The notes below the pieces were generated by a model. The model was given only the letters and a program-made list of their open reading frames with translations, was not told the DNA's origin and made no database searches. The position numbers were made by a program, and so were the translations under genes. A DNA stretch of 27,261 nucleotides from Candidatus Margulisiibacteriota bacterium (GTDB taxonomy: Bacteria > Margulisbacteria > WOR-1 > O2-12-FULL-45-9): assembly GCA_034723395.1 (NCBI GenBank), contig JAYEOW010000044.1:1-27261 (forward strand), in the 5' to 3' direction. Below, in pieces: positions 24,749 to 27,261 of the stretch (positions within the stretch are counted from its first letter, which is position 1; each line of letters opens with the position of its first letter).

Positions 24749-25942
24749 ATGGCAAGGGAAAAGTTTGAGAGAAAGAAACCACATTTAAACGTCGGAACGA
24801 TCGGTCACGTCGACCATGGAAAGACCACATTAACGTCTGCAATCACCAAATATCTAGCAGGTAAGGGGATGGCAAAAGCAAAGGCTTTCGCAGATATCGA
24901 TTCGGCCCCTGAAGAAAAGGCACGTGGCATCACGATCGCTATCGCTCACGTCGAATATGAGACCGACAAAAGACACTATGCCCACATCGACTGTCCGGGA
25001 CACGCTGACTATGTTAAAAACATGGTTATCGGAGCCGCCCAGATGGACGGTGCGATCCTGGTTGTTTCTGCCGCCGACGGCCCGATGCCTCAGACCCGCG
25101 AGCACATCCTGCTTGCGCGCCAGGTAAACGTACCCGCAATGGTCGTTTTCTTGAATAAAGTTGACATGGTTGATGATGCAGAATTAATCGACCTGGTTGA
25201 AGTTGAAACTAGAGACCTTCTGAAGAAATATGAATTTCCAGGAGACGACACTCCAATCATTAAGGGATCTGCTTTAAAGGCAATGGAAGCAGCAGATTCA
25301 AGCAGCCCGGACTGCAAGCCGATCCAGGATCTTTTAGACGCCCTGGACAGCTTCATCCCCGAGCCAAAAAGACCGCTTGATCAGCCTTTCTTAATGTCCG
25401 TCGAAGACGTCTTCTCGATCACCGGCCGCGGAACCGTAGGAACGGGAAGAATTGAGAGAGGAAAGGTCAAAACCGGCGAAGAGGTCGCGGTTATCGGTCT
25501 CGGAGCACACAAGAAAGCAGTCGTTACCGGAGTCGAGATGTTTAGAAAAACCCTGGATGAAGGTATGGCTGGAGATAACTGTGGATTGCTACTGCGCGGA
25601 GTCACCAAAGAAGAGCTTAAGCGCGGAATGGTCTTGGCTAAACCGGGCAGCATTAAGCCTCACAAGAAATTCGAAGCCCAAGTCTATGTTCTAACCAAAG
25701 AAGAGGGTGGAAGACACACTCCTTTCTTCCCGGGATATAAACCGCAGTTCTTTATCCGAACCACCGACGTTACCGGAGAAATCAAGCTGCCTGATAAAGT
25801 AGAGATGGTAATGCCGGGCGATAACATCACCATGACGGTTACTTTGATCACCGATGTCGCGGTCGAAGAAGGATTAAGGTTCGCCATCCGCGAAGGCGGA
25901 AGAACCGTAGGCGCAGGAGCCGTTACAAAGATAATTGAGTAA
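24749..25942 (+). CDS. tuf: Elongation factor Tu
   Basis: [48 protein letters not shown]. Confidence 0.99.
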   Translation: MAREKFERKKPHLNVGTIGHVDHGKTTLTSAITKYLAGKGMAKAKAFADIDSAPEEKARGITIAIAHVEYETDKRHYAHIDCPGHADYVKNMVIGAAQMDGAILVVSAADGPMPQTREHILLARQVNVPAMVVFLNKVDMVDDAELIDLVEVETRDLLKKYEFPGDDTPIIKGSALKAMEAADSSSPDCKPIQDLLDALDSFIPEPKRPLDQPFLMSVEDVFSITGRGTVGTGRIERGKVKTGEEVAVIGLGAHKKAVVTGVEMFRKTLDEGMAGDNCGLLLRGVTKEELKRGMVLAKPGSIKPHKKFEAQVYVLTKEEGGRHTPFFPGYKPQFFIRTTDVTGEIKLPDKVEMVMPGDNITMTVTLITDVAVEEGLRFAIREGGRTVGAGAVTKIIE

Positions 25943-25967
25943 AAGCCCAAAGAAAGATTTTAATTAT

Positions 25968-26000
25968 AAAGAAGGGAGCAGAATTGCTCCCTTCTTTCAT
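25968..26000 (+). terminator. Intrinsic terminator after tuf
   Basis: AAAGAAGGGAGCA-gaat-TGCTCCCTTCTTT. Confidence 0.85.
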
Positions 26001-26012
26001 TTAAACTCCTTC

Positions 26013-27261
26013 ATGCGCACAACGCTGAAGTTGGCAGGGTTTTTTGCCTTTGCTTCGTTATTGATAGCCGTTTCCATGGTCTCTTATGATTATATCAAGA
26101 CTCGCGGGGCGTTCCCTCCCAAAACCTACATATATACTGTCGACGTTTCCTCCCTTACTAAAGGAGAGGCAGAGCGTAAGTTAAAAAAAATCCCCTTAGC
26201 AGAGCTCTACGCCCCCTGCGTCAGCTTTGAAGCCGAGGGAAAATACTATTCCTTTCCGCCAGATGAGGCGGGAGTATATCTTCTGATTAAAGAAACAGTA
26301 GGCAATGCCTTCTCGATGACGCATCAAGACAATTACATTGACGAACTGAAAGAGCGGATCAGCGTAGGGGCAGTTTATGCCCCGCTCATCCTTGGGATTG
26401 ACGAAGACCAGCTGGAAAAAGTCCTTGAAAAATTCGCCAAAAAAATCGAGACCGAGCCAAAAGATGCCGGGATAGTTTTTTACGAAGATACCGGAGGATA
26501 CCATATTGAGCCCGAAATCCCGGGAAGAAAAATTGATATTGATAAAACCATTAAACGCTTTAAGGCCTCTCTTTACCAGGAAGGGGGAGCTACACCGGTA
26601 AAGATCAACTATTCCTACCCGGCAATTAAGGAGCTTGAGCTTCGGGCAAGCCCGCCAATCCATAAACTTTCTGCCTATACCACTTATTACGGAAGCCACG
26701 ATTCGCCAAATCGCATTCATAATATTAAGCTTATCGCCTCCTGGATCGACGGCACGCTGCTGATGCCGGGAAAAGAGTTCTCCGTTGCTGAGATTCTAGG
26801 AGATGTTGGGCCAGAACAGGGGTTTAAAGAGGCCTTTGTAATCGTGGGGGGGGAGCTAATCCCTCTGTTAGGCGGAGGCGCATGCCAAATAGCCACCACT
26901 CTCTATAACGCGGTCGCCCTCGCAGACCTGGAGATTTTACAACGCAAGAATCACTCTTTCTATTTTAATATATACCCTCTAGGAAGAGATGCCGGGGTAT
27001 ACCCAGGACAGGTCGATTTTAAATTTAAGAATGATTCTGGACACCCTCTCCTGATTAAAACCGTCGCCACAAAGAGGAAACTCTCTTTTCGAATATACGG
27101 GACCCCTTCAGGAAAAAAGGTGCGCTTCTCTGGAGCAAGCATTTTAGGAAAAGATGGGTCTGGGAAGTACGTACCCATGACCTTAAAAAAGGTCATCGAT
27201 CTTGATGTCCCCTTTAGAACCTTAGTTACCCGCAAGGTTTATGATAAAAACTGGCGGCTCC
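26013..27261 (+). CDS. VanW family protein (YoaR-like), 3' truncated by the window edge; absent from the ORF track
   Basis: Open frame from ATG 26013: N-terminal TM, ...PNRIHNIKLIASWIDGTLLMPGKEFS...GGGACQIATTLYNA...RKNHS...YPLGRDA...DFKFKN. Confidence 0.9.
   Translation, partial: MRTTLKLAGFFAFASLLIAVSMVSYDYIKTRGAFPPKTYIYTVDVSSLTKGEAERKLKKIPLAELYAPCVSFEAEGKYYSFPPDEAGVYLLIKETVGNAFSMTHQDNYIDELKERISVGAVYAPLILGIDEDQLEKVLEKFAKKIETEPKDAGIVFYEDTGGYHIEPEIPGRKIDIDKTIKRFKASLYQEGGATPVKINYSYPAIKELELRASPPIHKLSAYTTYYGSHDSPNRIHNIKLIASWIDGTLLMPGKEFSVAEILGDVGPEQGFKEAFVIVGGELIPLLGGGACQIATTLYNAVALADLEILQRKNHSFYFNIYPLGRDAGVYPGQVDFKFKNDSGHPLLIKTVATKRKLSFRIYGTPSGKKVRFSGASILGKDGSGKYVPMTLKKVIDLDVPFRTLVTRKVYDKNWRL

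Noticed and set aside
24524..27235. Minus-strand ORFs over the tRNA, tuf and vanW (and similar shadow ORFs elsewhere, e.g. 969-1325, 19610-20071)
   Set aside because: Antisense shadows of well-supported genes, with no motifs or RBS.
1..27261. DGR template repeat, reverse transcriptase or Avd; CRISPR array; integrase or transposase
   Set aside because: By eye I found no second copy of the 734-841 region, no RT motifs, no regularly spaced repeats and no recombinase ORF.

Overview
AT-rich (roughly 43-45% GC by eye) bacterial chromosomal window, mostly housekeeping genes, from an anaerobe-like diderm. My unverified impression is Saganbacteria/WOR-1 or a relative. From left to right: (i) a ~1.3 kb decayed accessory patch with a partial gene that has an ATA start behind a sigma28-like promoter, a bidirectional hairpin, a Fic-type wHTH remnant, and an FGE-sulfatase/C-type-lectin-fold gene whose 3' end looks like a diversity-generating retroelement (DGR) variable repeat, with no RT or template repeat in the window; (ii) a secreted Cys-phosphatase, an M23 peptidase and an HXXEE protein; (iii) an iron/oxidative-stress cluster (ferritin-like+VIT1 transporter, an inserted lipoprotein, desulfoferrodoxin, rubredoxin, flavodiiron protein, rubrerythrin, ArsC-like protein); (iv) maf, an orphan secreted protein, mutL, an ORF6N gene behind a REP-like element, topA, a 33-aa CdaR-like membrane miniprotein, panC, four minor pilins and an SMR-type protein; (v) thrS-infC(ATT start)-rpmI-rplT-DUF151, dxr, asmA, an SH3-like protein, pyrE, tRNA-Thr(GGT), tuf and a partial vanW-family gene. 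Across the window, many genes appear leaderless or nearly so, several short REP-like or periodic repeats occur (two inside coding sequences), and a sigma28-like motif appears twice. All calls come from motif recognition by eye; no searches were run.
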